From the IMG/VR virus record IMGVR_UViG_3300025133_000075: 64,000 nucleotides of DNA; one strand, given 5' to 3'. Origin of the DNA: an uncultured virus (IMG/VR IMGVR_UViG_3300025133_000075) (lineage: Duplodnaviria > Heunggongvirae > Uroviricota > Caudoviricetes). The position numbers were made by a program, and so were the translations under genes. The number at the start of each line of letters is the position of its first letter. The first letter of the stretch is position 1. Below are positions 9,601 to 18,893 of the stretch, piece by piece. The notes under the pieces were generated by a model. That model saw only the letters and a list, made by a program, of their open reading frames with translations, searched no databases and had not been told where the DNA came from.

Positions 9601-10971
9601 TTAAACTGCTTGCCACTTTCCTTCAATTCGCTCCCACGGAACTTTGGTGAACCAATTCTCACCAGACACTTCAACTTCTGCTTCCAATGGAGTCAGGACC
9701 CAATCCCAATGCTGCCGCACTTCTTTGGTCATTATACTGACAACTTTATTCAACACGTCGTCAATCTCAGATTCATGAATGTCCAGCATCATCGAATCAT
9801 GCACCTGTCCGATCACGCAAGACTTCATCTTGTTCTTCACCATCCACTTGTTCGTTTCGATCAGTGACCACAGCAGCAGATGGAATGATGAGCCCTGGAT
9901 TGGCGAGTTCATGAGGAAATTGTAGGAGTACGCTCCACGGCACACGAACCCCGTCATCAGAGCAAACTCACCAGCTTTGAGATAAGATTCCCACCAATCA
10001 TCTTTGGCTTTATCCCAATGAGAGAATCGAGTGGCAAACTTCTCCTCGACTGCCTTGATATGCTCACGGAACGACTCAAGTCCCCTTATTCCCTTAGATT
10101 CCAAATGCTCATACAAACACACTCCATCGACTGTCTTCAGCGATGCTTGATGGATCGCTTCCCACAAACCTTTTCCTATGTTCTTCCAATAGCTGCCATA
10201 CAGCTCAGGGAACACAAATTTGTTCTTGGCGAAACTTCGCACGTCTTTTGCCACTTGATCTGTGCTGAGCTTGTAGCACTCCGCTGCCATGTCTCTGTGG
10301 ATGTCGAGAGCTGGGTCCGAAGCATAGGCGATCATCTTTGGATCTCGCCAAAAAGAGGCAGCACCTCTGAACTCCAGAGCTCCATAGTCGATCTCTGCGA
10401 TGTAATGCTGTGGAGACCTGGGGACAAACGCCCGCCTGATGATCTTGGCCAACCGCTTGTCTCGATTCGGCTTGTTCTGAAAGTTAGGATCAGACGAACT
10501 CGATCGATAGGTCTTGGCCAGATGCTGATGAAAAAACGGATGCAGGTATCCATCTGCATCCGTTTCTCTCTGAACTCCGAGCAGATCTGTCGCCAGCAGC
10601 CGCTTTAGCTTCTCGTGGTCTGTCCATTTATCCAAGAAAGGTAGATCAATGTGCTCGAACGCTTCCACGTCCGTCCCCGCATTGCCCTTCTTCGACTTCT
10701 TCTTGATCTCAAATCCCATGTGATTGTACAGAAGATCAGCCAACTGCTGCCGCTTTCCCAAGTCAGCACTCGCTCCATACTGCCGTCTCCACAGCGTATA
10801 GAACTCATCAGCACGTAACTCTTCATCCAGCACAGAGATCTTGGCCTGTGTCCAGCTTATGGCTTTCTCAAGGTAACCAAGATCAATCTTCATCCCCCGC
10901 TCTTCGACATCAGCGAAAGCAGAAGATCCTTCCATCATCAATCGAAAAGCTTCAGGTGTGGATGGTATCAT
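9601..10971 (-). CDS. family A DNA polymerase, polymerase domain only
   Basis: TYRSSSSDPNFQN, motif A EIDYGALEFR, motif B RSFAKNKFVFPELYG, motif C QVHDS. Confidence 0.95.
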   Translation of the reverse strand: MIPSTPEAFRLMMEGSSAFADVEERGMKIDLGYLEKAISWTQAKISVLDEELRADEFYTLWRRQYGASADLGKRQQLADLLYNHMGFEIKKKSKKGNAGTDVEAFEHIDLPFLDKWTDHEKLKRLLATDLLGVQRETDADGYLHPFFHQHLAKTYRSSSSDPNFQNKPNRDKRLAKIIRRAFVPRSPQHYIAEIDYGALEFRGAASFWRDPKMIAYASDPALDIHRDMAAECYKLSTDQVAKDVRSFAKNKFVFPELYGSYWKNIGKGLWEAIHQASLKTVDGVCLYEHLESKGIRGLESFREHIKAVEEKFATRFSHWDKAKDDWWESYLKAGEFALMTGFVCRGAYSYNFLMNSPIQGSSFHLLLWSLIETNKWMVKNKMKSCVIGQVHDSMMLDIHESEIDDVLNKVVSIMTKEVRQHWDWVLTPLEAEVEVSGENWFTKVPWERIEGKWQAV

Positions 10972-11373
10972 TCAATCAGCATTCCTGGCTTCTTTGACGA
11001 ACACCCCGTCTTCCCGCAGATAACCTTTGCGGTCTTTGATCTCGTTGTAAGCTTGAGCCACACAATCAGTCACCGACAAATCACTGCAATGAGCCGCCAT
11101 GACCAACGTCACAAACACATCACCGATCGCATCTTTTAGTCCTTCCTTGAGTTCATCCTGTACCGAAATGGGCACCATCGCCCCATTCACACGATACATA
11201 CTCTCGAACTGTTCTAATCGAGCGGCTGCTTCAATCATCTCATGCACCTCTTCAATCGTCTTTCTCGACTGAGCCAGTGCTGTGCTGTTCTGGAGGATCT
11301 TTCTATCACTCCCCCACTCACCAATCTTGATCGTCAAATCCACCAAATTCAAATCGTCTATACATTCATCCAT
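10972..11373 (-). CDS. MazG-like NTP pyrophosphohydrolase
   Basis: EEVHEM...DAIGD acidic motifs and AYNEIKDRKG. Confidence 0.85.
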   Translation of the reverse strand: MDECIDDLNLVDLTIKIGEWGSDRKILQNSTALAQSRKTIEEVHEMIEAAARLEQFESMYRVNGAMVPISVQDELKEGLKDAIGDVFVTLVMAAHCSDLSVTDCVAQAYNEIKDRKGYLREDGVFVKEARNAD

Positions 11374-12602
11374 CGCATCAAAGCTTTCTGTTTAAGGGCT
11401 ATCGTAAACTCAACCACCGCATCAAGTGCATTATAGGTCAAGAGTGACTTGGTATCGACTTTGTGGATTTGATTCAGACTCACAGCATCTGGAGCTTCAA
11501 GGTACTTCCCAACCACCGCATCCCACGGCTCGTAACCAAGCAAAACAAACGCCTGGAACTTAACCGATGTGATCCCTGATCGATTATCAAGGTGGTGAGC
11601 TGACAGCATACAATCCCACACCCAATTTTTCACTGGAGTGCCAAGATGCTTCCGAGCCCACCGATCTTCGAATTTGTTATTCGCTCCGATCTTCGGCAGA
11701 TCTGAGGCACAAAACTCTGCCAACTTATTCTTGATCCGTTCGCCGCTTGCGAGAAACGCCACAGTCTCACCAGCTGAATGGAACCCAGCTGAAACCAACT
11801 TCGCTCCTGCTGCATCCGGCTTGAGGCAATTGGTTTCCCAATCGAACGCCGTTGGCTTTCCCTGTCTGATTATACGATCGAGCCACGCAACCGCTTCGTC
11901 TGGATCCAAAAGTAATCGAACATTCTCAGCGTAGTCTGGAAACACATCCCACGGTCGCTTAGTGTGCATCAGAGCCGTTTCCAGCTGCTTCTCCCAGAGT
12001 AATGACACAACCTTCCCGTTTCTATCAGAAGCCGCTGAGACGACGTTCTGGGGGCTCACGATTGGACAAACCCACGTATTCAATTTCTGCAGGGGAATTT
12101 CCCAACCAGCCCATGTAGCCATCTGCCCCACATCATCACGGAACAAAGGCACCAGCAACTGCTTCACAGCTGGGAACCCCATGGGAATGATCACCCGAGG
12201 TTTGAGGTCTTTGATCGTCTTTGTGAGATTCGCCCGACACCACTCCAACTCTTTTGGTTGTATTGGCTGCTTTGGCTGATTAGTGGCTGGATCAAGTTTA
12301 GCGGGATTCTTGCAGATCATCGCATTCGTCGACCAGCAATCCTCCTGAAGATCGACACCGAAACTCTCCAGAGTCTGTCGTAAGTGCCGACCAGCTTCTC
12401 CTCTTGGTGAAAACGGAACGCCGGACTCATCGTCTTTGTCAGATGGAGATGTGCCGATGAACAAGATCCCACGCTTGCCTTCACCGTACACTGGCATTTT
12501 TGGGGACACACAAGACTCGTACCACTTGCAAGCCCCACATTGAGGCAACAAAGAGGCTGGCTTCTTGGATGTCACTTCGGACAACTCAAAGAAACCAGGC
12601 AT
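11358..12602 (-). CDS. family 4 UDG-like domain fused to a 3'-5' proofreading exonuclease (N-terminal part of the split polymerase)
   Basis: Fe-S cysteines CGAC, ICKNP, EWCR; exonuclease motifs AFDWET, NNKFE, YNALDA. Confidence 0.88.
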   Translation of the reverse strand: MPGFFELSEVTSKKPASLLPQCGACKWYESCVSPKMPVYGEGKRGILFIGTSPSDKDDESGVPFSPRGEAGRHLRQTLESFGVDLQEDCWSTNAMICKNPAKLDPATNQPKQPIQPKELEWCRANLTKTIKDLKPRVIIPMGFPAVKQLLVPLFRDDVGQMATWAGWEIPLQKLNTWVCPIVSPQNVVSAASDRNGKVVSLLWEKQLETALMHTKRPWDVFPDYAENVRLLLDPDEAVAWLDRIIRQGKPTAFDWETNCLKPDAAGAKLVSAGFHSAGETVAFLASGERIKNKLAEFCASDLPKIGANNKFEDRWARKHLGTPVKNWVWDCMLSAHHLDNRSGITSVKFQAFVLLGYEPWDAVVGKYLEAPDAVSLNQIHKVDTKSLLTYNALDAVVEFTIALKQKALMRWMNV

Positions 12603-13628
12603 CTAGGCAACCGCCTTTTCTTCCATCGTTGTTGTGCAAGTGACGTACTGGAATTTGCCAGCATCTATACAAAGCTTGCCTTCACCAACTCGGCACTCAG
12701 TAGATTTCTTGGTGACTTCCAACAGCAGCTTTGGACTGACCAGGAACCGAATCGGCTGGCCTGTGAAATTCACTTTCTGAGCTTCTTTCCACCAACCAGA
12801 GGAACCGTTCGCACCGATCACAATGAGATCTTTTTGCAGATCAACCAGTACAGCATCCCCATCGGCATTCTCCACAGAGAACACGGAGGTTCTCGACATC
12901 ATCTCTTCCAACCCACCCGGCAACTGCACCGACTCGGCCCCGTCTGTCTCCAGAAACTCAGACATATCCCGGTAGTCTTCAAGGTATCGACGGCACGATA
13001 TCACCAAGCCTTCCGCATTCTTGAAATGAATCCAATTGTCAGTCTCAGACACTTCTTTCATGTCGTAACTGATCAACTGTTTCAAGCTTTTGGCTCGCAC
13101 CAGAATCGACTTTTCCACTCCAGTATCGAGTGGATACCTTGCGATCTGGCTGGCATCACAAGCTTCCACGTAATCGGGATGAAGGTGGACACACGTCAGA
13201 ACGAATTGAGCCTGATCGGTCGAAGCACACGAATGGACCACATTGATCGCATCGCCAAAATCCTCAGGTAGCGACTTCCACACTTCCGGAACATCAATCC
13301 CATCAATCGGCAGCAAGATCTCCTGTTCCATCCGGACCCCACCTTTCTTCATGTGGCCCCGAATCAAGACTTCTCCATCAGATGAATCCAAATCGATTTC
13401 ATCGTCTGGAATTTTCGCCAGGACATCCATAAAGCTCTTTGCTTTGACTGCCCCTGAGAACCCCAGATCTATGGCTCTGGAGCAGGCAATCTCATCATTG
13501 AACGTCCACACCTTCCCGTCTTTGAACACCAAACACGTCGACTGTGGGAGCGTCTCCCGTGGCGACAACCCGGCTGATACTGATTCCAACACACTCAAAA
13601 ACTCGGCTCTGTTCACTCGTTTAGTCAC
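12603..13628 (-). CDS. DnaN-like beta sliding clamp
   Basis: 341 aa (three-domain size); VNRAEFLSVLESV...LP N-terminus, FVLTCVHL, ACDASQIA; co-located with the clamp loader. Confidence 0.8.
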   Translation of the reverse strand: MTKRVNRAEFLSVLESVSAGLSPRETLPQSTCLVFKDGKVWTFNDEIACSRAIDLGFSGAVKAKSFMDVLAKIPDDEIDLDSSDGEVLIRGHMKKGGVRMEQEILLPIDGIDVPEVWKSLPEDFGDAINVVHSCASTDQAQFVLTCVHLHPDYVEACDASQIARYPLDTGVEKSILVRAKSLKQLISYDMKEVSETDNWIHFKNAEGLVISCRRYLEDYRDMSEFLETDGAESVQLPGGLEEMMSRTSVFSVENADGDAVLVDLQKDLIVIGANGSSGWWKEAQKVNFTGQPIRFLVSPKLLLEVTKKSTECRVGEGKLCIDAGKFQYVTCTTTMEEKAVA

Positions 13629-13638
13629 TAGACCCTCC

Positions 13639-13962
13639 TTAAAAAAACGTAGCTAGTTTATCGGGCTTCTCTTCTCCTTGGCCAGTAGGGAGAGGTACTA
13701 CTTCCCACACAACAGCTGAGCGGCCACTTATTGTATTGCTTGTTCGTCCACTGTCTCGAATGAACTTACCTTCTAGCAACTCTACCCGTCGAGGTCGCTG
13801 AGTAGATGGATTCATCTCCAAAGCTAACTGAATCGACTCGTCTGTGGCTCCTCCTTTGCTATCTCTTAGGTATCTGTATACTTTGGCTCGCAACGTATCC
13901 GCAGTCTCTAAAATAGACACAGCAGCAGCAAAACTTGTTTCACTGTGTTTCTGGAACTTCAT
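13639..13962 (-). CDS. winged-helix DNA-binding protein
   Basis: GATDESIQLALEMNPSTQRPRRVEL...SGRSAVVW pattern. Confidence 0.6.
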   Translation of the reverse strand: MKFQKHSETSFAAAVSILETADTLRAKVYRYLRDSKGGATDESIQLALEMNPSTQRPRRVELLEGKFIRDSGRTSNTISGRSAVVWEVVPLPTGQGEEKPDKLATFF

Positions 13963-14689
13963 CGAGCACCTCCACTACTGACTGCATCAAGATCTGAAAT
14001 GCAACTGCAGCCACGATTGGAACTTGTCCATTTCCAAGGGCTTTAAGTCTGTCCACTGCATCGGCCAATCCATTAGCCACTCGACCCACACCGGATTCAG
14101 ATCCCCACACATGTTTTGGGCTAAGGTGGTCTCTGTTCCCGTTCTTGTTGGATGCCCCTTGCCCAACATGACAGCGTCGAACTTTGTGGGAGTAGGCAAG
14201 TATCCAGATTCGATCACGTTTGTGCTGAGCACCGAGTGCCCCAGCTCCCAACACCCCCCAGACTGCATGATACCCCAATCTGGAAAGATCGGAGAGAATG
14301 AGGTCCATTCCTCGACTGGGTAAAAGCGGGGTATTCTCCGCAAAGATAAGCTTAGGCCTAACTTCTCCAATGATTCGTGAATACTCTTTCCACAATCCAG
14401 AACGCTCTCCGTCGCGGACACCGGCACCTTTCCCGGCTGCTGAAACGTCTTGGCAAGGAAAGCCCCCCGAAAGAATGTCGACAAGCCCTTTCCACGGTTT
14501 CCCGTCGAACGTGTTGACATCGTCCCAGATTGGGAATGGTTCGAGGATCCCGTCACGCTGCCGCTGGAGGAGCACTCTTCTGGGGTAGTCTTCGATTTCG
14601 ACCGCCCCGATCGTATTCCATCCAAGTAATTTTGAAGCGAGAATCCCTCCCCCTCCTCCAGCGAACAGTGCGAGTTCGTTGAGTACCAT
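13940..14689 (-). CDS. DNA (cytosine-5) methyltransferase, alpha-like subunit
   Basis: Motif I LFAGGGG, IV GGFPCQD, VI AENT, VIII HKRDRIW, X RLKALGNGQVP; no motif IX in this frame. Confidence 0.92.
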   Translation of the reverse strand: MVLNELALFAGGGGGILASKLLGWNTIGAVEIEDYPRRVLLQRQRDGILEPFPIWDDVNTFDGKPWKGLVDILSGGFPCQDVSAAGKGAGVRDGERSGLWKEYSRIIGEVRPKLIFAENTPLLPSRGMDLILSDLSRLGYHAVWGVLGAGALGAQHKRDRIWILAYSHKVRRCHVGQGASNKNGNRDHLSPKHVWGSESGVGRVANGLADAVDRLKALGNGQVPIVAAVAFQILMQSVVEVLDEVPETQ

Positions 14690-14694
14690 GTCAT
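13987..14694 (-). CDS. overlapping alternative-frame subunit of the C5 methyltransferase (motif IX-bearing, beta-like)
   Basis: 235 aa frame almost entirely overlapping the MTase; has LPTP and motif IX-like LNPVWVEWLMDWPMQWT; ATG 5 nt upstream of the MTase ATG. Confidence 0.7.
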   Translation of the reverse strand: MTWYSTNSHCSLEEGEGFSLQNYLDGIRSGRSKSKTTPEECSSSGSVTGSSNHSQSGTMSTRSTGNRGKGLSTFFRGAFLAKTFQQPGKVPVSATESVLDCGKSIHESLEKLGLSLSLRRIPRFYPVEEWTSFSPIFPDWGIMQSGGCWELGHSVLSTNVIESGYLPTPTKFDAVMLGKGHPTRTGTETTLAQNMCGDLNPVWVEWLMDWPMQWTDLKPLEMDKFQSWLQLHFRS

Positions 14695-14711
14695 TTGTCC
14701 CAGGTCCTTGG

Positions 14712-15383
14712 CTACGAAGCCGTAGATTCCCAAGCCTGAACAGCTGTGATCATCGTACGCAGAGCCCACAGAGCTGTCTTCTCGTTGCCGTCTTTCCGAA
14801 GAGCGACGACTCTGGCAGACAGATCTTTGATGTCGGAATTCAAACCATCTTCACTGTCCCGCAAAACCCGAGCACAGGCCGCTTGCCACGAGATCGTACG
14901 ATTGGCAACCGCCTCAGCTTTGGCTTTCTCCCGCTCAGCTTTGGCTTTCTCCCGCTCAGCTTTTCGAGCATCTTTCTCTGCTTCCTGCTGCTTCTTGGCT
15001 TCAGCCTTTTCCGCTTTGGCTTTCTCTTTCTCAGCCTTTTCCGCAGCTTTGGCTTTGGCTTTCTCCGACTTCTCTTCTTTCTTGTCTTCGGCTGGAGCTT
15101 CTTCTTTCTTGTCTTCGGCTGGAGCTTCCGCTGCCGCTTCTTCGAAGACTTCGAAAGTAGGATCTTCTCCACCGGCATCAATCACAGCCGCTTCGATCGC
15201 CCCAAGAGCTTCCTTGATCAAATCAGCACTGTCACCGGATGGAACATAATCGTCATCCATGCAGTCAGGCACGTCTTTCAACTTCGCTGACATCTTATCG
15301 ATCGGCCAGGATTCGGCACCTTTCCAACCAGCAGCCCCGAACACCGCAATGGCGGCAACCTTACTCACTCGTGTAGCACTCAT
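14712..15383 (-). CDS. hypothetical protein with an Ala/Glu/Lys-rich helical linker
   Basis: EAPAEDKKE and KAEREKA repeats (24 bp and 21 bp duplications). Confidence 0.75.
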   Translation of the reverse strand: MSATRVSKVAAIAVFGAAGWKGAESWPIDKMSAKLKDVPDCMDDDYVPSGDSADLIKEALGAIEAAVIDAGGEDPTFEVFEEAAAEAPAEDKKEEAPAEDKKEEKSEKAKAKAAEKAEKEKAKAEKAEAKKQQEAEKDARKAEREKAKAEREKAKAEAVANRTISWQAACARVLRDSEDGLNSDIKDLSARVVALRKDGNEKTALWALRTMITAVQAWESTAS

Positions 15384-15471
15384 TTCAATTCTTTCTATCT
15401 ATGAAAAGATTCGTATGTCCAACAACTCTGTTCGACTCACCCTCATTATAGTGGACTTTTGTCCTTTAGGA

Positions 15472-16836
15472 TCAGAATCTACTGATTATTACAGGATTTT
15501 CTGAATTATAGCAACCGGCTGTGTGGACGCAGGAGAACCCTTTTCGATTTCTGCTCTTCCGGCGAACCACCCAATTCAATCGAGCCTGATGAGTCGCTCG
15601 CTCTTCGTCAGACACATTGATCCCGATCATTCCGTTTACATGGGCCAGCTTGGTCTTTCGACCGCTGAAGTTCTTTCTGGTCAGCAAAGACTTCTCCTTG
15701 CCGTAAGCTGACGCATTGGATTGGGTGGCAGTGACCACCAGACAATGTCTCTCTTGCGACAATTTTCGGAGGTCCTTCCAAACGCCATCGATCTGTTCCA
15801 GATTGTCGGATCCGGCAGCGTATGCCAAAATATCGGCGTAATCGATCACAACCACATCCGGCCTCCAACCGTCATCTCCCCAATCCGAAAGCATCGAATC
15901 GATACCAGCAACAGACAAGGTGGAGTTTGGATGGCATGACAATCGAAAGCTGTCTTCCGATCGAACCCGCTTCTTCAGCATCTTGAAGGCTTCGGCTGGA
16001 TTCACAGCTTTCTCTTTTTCGTGAGCCAACTCAAGAACACCTTCATCATCCCAACCGATCGGGCACGGGCACTCTTCATCCATATCCGGCTGATTGGCAA
16101 TTCGACAAGCGAACCGGGTCATCACATCATCCTGGGTACTGTCCCCAGAATCGAAGAAGACCACTTTGTTCCGTTTCCGCAAAGCCCGGTATGCCAGATC
16201 CACCAGCCACACCGTCTTTCCGGTCTTGTCTGGAGCCATGAAAGCGTAGAACTCGCCCCGCTTGAAAGCGTCCGCAAAGTAATCACCCAGATCTCCCGGA
16301 TAACTCACCAGAGGCGACTGTTTGTCTCTCTCGAAAGCCTGATACCAGGGAGCAAAATCAGCCGCTGGTTCCACGAAAGAACCAACCCCCAGCTCAACCC
16401 TCCTGATTGAAGCAACCCGTTCTGATGCTTCTTTCACCAAGCCCCTGTCGATTTCGAGCTGTGCCAGCTTGAGCTCTGACTTCAAGCGTACGGCATTGAA
16501 GTGATCGTCCGCTAGATCCAGCAGATAATCAGAATCAAGAGCCTCAGCCCCATCTGACAGACCTGCAATGAAGCGTTCTACCGCATCGACTACTTCTTCA
16601 GACTCTGTGGAGATTTCAGCCCATCGCTCGAAGATCCCACTGATGTTTTTAGCGGGAGCTGTGGAATGCTTGCGAATATACTTGACGCACCATCCTCCGA
16701 CGAGATTCGCCCAGCGAGAATCAAATAATCCCTCCTCAGTCCAGCGACTAGCAATCCGAGAGCAGACCACGTCAGAAAGGACCATCCCAACCAGGACACG
16801 TCGCAAATCAGTTCCATCATATTTCTTTGTCCTCAT
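15472..16836 (-). CDS. DnaB-like replicative helicase
   Basis: Walker A APDKTGKT, VVVIDYAD, VVTATQSN. Confidence 0.9.
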   Translation of the reverse strand: MRTKKYDGTDLRRVLVGMVLSDVVCSRIASRWTEEGLFDSRWANLVGGWCVKYIRKHSTAPAKNISGIFERWAEISTESEEVVDAVERFIAGLSDGAEALDSDYLLDLADDHFNAVRLKSELKLAQLEIDRGLVKEASERVASIRRVELGVGSFVEPAADFAPWYQAFERDKQSPLVSYPGDLGDYFADAFKRGEFYAFMAPDKTGKTVWLVDLAYRALRKRNKVVFFDSGDSTQDDVMTRFACRIANQPDMDEECPCPIGWDDEGVLELAHEKEKAVNPAEAFKMLKKRVRSEDSFRLSCHPNSTLSVAGIDSMLSDWGDDGWRPDVVVIDYADILAYAAGSDNLEQIDGVWKDLRKLSQERHCLVVTATQSNASAYGKEKSLLTRKNFSGRKTKLAHVNGMIGINVSDEERATHQARLNWVVRRKSRNRKGFSCVHTAGCYNSENPVIISRF

Positions 16837-17132
16837 GAGGTTTCCATGTAACAAGCGTTGAGATCCTCGTCCATCATGACCATCCAAACATTATCGTCGC
16901 ATTCGAGCAGCCACTCACCTTGCTGTACCACAAGTGTGCATTCTGACCCATGCCAATCCAAGACAAGACCACTCTGTATCTGTCGCCAGCCGTCTGATTC
17001 GATCGTCTTCAGACTCAAATGATACTTTGATCCCCTTCTTGGCCGGAGGTGAGTGGAATTGAAGGGTTCAATCTTGGTTCTGCTGTCTGTTAAGCAGGCA
17101 GTGATCACGTCAGTACTCCTTGAAAACGGCAT
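16833..17132 (-). CDS. hypothetical protein
   Basis: ORF coupled to the helicase start; start codon uncertain. Confidence 0.5.
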   Translation of the reverse strand: MPFSRSTDVITACLTDSRTKIEPFNSTHLRPRRGSKYHLSLKTIESDGWRQIQSGLVLDWHGSECTLVVQQGEWLLECDDNVWMVMMDEDLNACYMETS

Positions 17133-17538
17133 GTCCTAATTCCACCAACTTAACATTCAGAGATCCTCCCCCGATGTCTTTGTGGATGGTCGCCAAGTAG
17201 CGTCCATACTTTCCTTGCTTGTCCTTCTCTGTCTTGATGTACACAGTTGAGCCATCAGGTATCTGACCCCTCAACCAGTCTCTTGCAATTGTACCCTTTG
17301 AACGCTCGCCGCCTCGCATCTCCCATGCGTCGATTCCGTACAGTCTGAACTTCTGCTCTGTCGTAACGTTGAACCCCAAATCCACGTCCAGTGTTACAGT
17401 GTCCGCATCGTAGACAGAGACCACCTCCGCTTGATAGACGTAAGGCTCAAACTTCTTCGCTCCCATCACTGTCTCCTGTTTCTGTTCTTGTCCTAATAAC
17501 CACTCTGCATACTGTTGTGGGGATTCACTTCCTCTCAT
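17110..17538 (-). CDS. thermonuclease (staphylococcal nuclease-like)
   Basis: VYDADTV, RLYGIDAWE, GKYGRYLA, LVELGHA. Confidence 0.9.
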   Translation of the reverse strand: MRGSESPQQYAEWLLGQEQKQETVMGAKKFEPYVYQAEVVSVYDADTVTLDVDLGFNVTTEQKFRLYGIDAWEMRGGERSKGTIARDWLRGQIPDGSTVYIKTEKDKQGKYGRYLATIHKDIGGGSLNVKLVELGHAVFKEY

Positions 17539-17960
17539 GATTCGACATCCTCCATCAATCGCTGCAGAACATCGAAAGCTTTATTTGTCTGAGGATCGAC
17601 CAACGTAAAGCCCAAACCCCCAGCTGACTTTTCCATTTGGAGGTGCTCAATCATTTCTGATCGAGAACTGAAAGCCATGTCATTGATTTCCTGATCAACG
17701 ACATCTCGCCAGGTCTTGACGACAACCACTTTCTCCTCTGGCTGTTTGAGATCACCGAACATACCAGAGTCGATGATCTGTCTCAGTTCAGCTGGTATGG
17801 CACCACGATCGTTCTTGATTGAATACACCACAGCCGCATTCAACATCTGTTCTGGAACGTCTCCGAAGATCTCTGAAGCTAAATAAGCAATCGCACAACT
17901 GTTCTGTTTCGGTCCAAGCAATTCTGTCCAAAGCGTCAAGATCTCTACTCGATTATGCAT
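17535..17960 (-). CDS. hypothetical protein, possibly helicase loader/inhibitor-like
   Basis: Follows an initiator-like gene; D.PEQ.L.AAV...IPAELRQI pattern. Confidence 0.45.
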   Translation of the reverse strand: MHNRVEILTLWTELLGPKQNSCAIAYLASEIFGDVPEQMLNAAVVYSIKNDRGAIPAELRQIIDSGMFGDLKQPEEKVVVVKTWRDVVDQEINDMAFSSRSEMIEHLQMEKSAGGLGFTLVDPQTNKAFDVLQRLMEDVES

Positions 17961-18364
17961 TCCCTGCCCTTTGATTTCAATTTCTCCATGAGGGACAAGC
18001 GGCGACTTACCGCTCTCTGTTCGTTCTCCATTATACGATCGGTGACGGAAGACTGATCAGAATTCTGTGAATCGAAGGCTCTTTTTATCGCCGCGAATTT
18101 ATCGACAAAGCTCTTTGCTGAATAGGCCTGGGGCATGTACTCATCGTTCCAGTGATCAGCGTACCAAAGGATCACCCCTTCCAACTCAGCCTTTGAATAA
18201 TGATCCAATAAAAGAGACAACTCTTTTGCCCACTTTGCCAGTATGTGCTTTCTGAATACTCTCCTACTCTCTGACAGTTTGTTGTACAGCAACCTGGCTA
18301 GATCCACTGATTGCTTCTTCTCTGCTACTACTACCTCTGGCTCAGTGTCAAATAATTGGTTCAT
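17945..18364 (-). CDS. putative replication initiator C-terminal-domain protein
   Basis: W..EL..L...VILWY...SAKSFVDKF resembles C-terminal domains of phage replisome organisers; first gene after the candidate origin. Confidence 0.5.
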   Translation of the reverse strand: MNQLFDTEPEVVVAEKKQSVDLARLLYNKLSESRRVFRKHILAKWAKELSLLLDHYSKAELEGVILWYADHWNDEYMPQAYSAKSFVDKFAAIKRAFDSQNSDQSSVTDRIMENEQRAVSRRLSLMEKLKSKGRECIIE

Positions 18365-18448
18365 TGCCAACCATCCCATGCAAGTTAAGTGTTAGAGTGA
18401 AAGAGATAAAAGATGAGCTTGAAAAATGTTCAAAGTTGATTCAGGAGC

Positions 18449-18506
18449 CTTAGTGCTCTTTAAGTGTGAAGATCAAAGAAGAAAATCCCACTTAAAGAGC
18501 ACTAAG
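18449..18506. repeat. perfect 18 bp inverted repeat with a 22 nt spacer
   Basis: CTTAGTGCTCTTTAAGTG (18449-18466) / CACTTAAAGAGCACTAAG (18489-18506). Confidence 0.9.
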
Positions 18507-18860
18507 AAATGACCGACTTCAAAGCCGACCCTATCACCTCTTAATCATCGGCAACGGCTCGTGACACCTGACCCCCGACTCCAAGCTCTAGGTCCTGACC
18601 CGATCAGCGACTCTCCAGCCGTTCGTCTGATCGCGTAGCGGCACAGGATTCTCATCTGCCGCTTGACCCACGCAGTCCATCCAGAAATCAATCTGAATTG
18701 TTGCACCAGGATTGTATCGAGCCGTTCTAAGCTCAGTGCCTGGAGACCGTATGGAAGCCCTGTACCTCAAATCACATCAAGGGCAATAGTGATTGTTGAC
18801 TGGTGCTGTCAGTGCAGCCCGCTTCTCGTCAACTAAGATCTGGATGAACTGTGTGTACAT

Positions 18861-18893
18861 AAAAAACCCAGGACCTGACAGGGTCCTGGGTTT
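18861..18893 (-). terminator. intrinsic terminator / attenuator hairpin
   Basis: AAACCCAGGACC-CTGTCA-GGTCCTGGGTTTTTT. Confidence 0.8.

Noticed and set aside
10972..11373. Intron or intein interrupting the DNA polymerase
   Set aside because: The intervening DNA is fully occupied by a MazG-like ORF with coupled starts and stops; no group I/II or intein motifs were seen.
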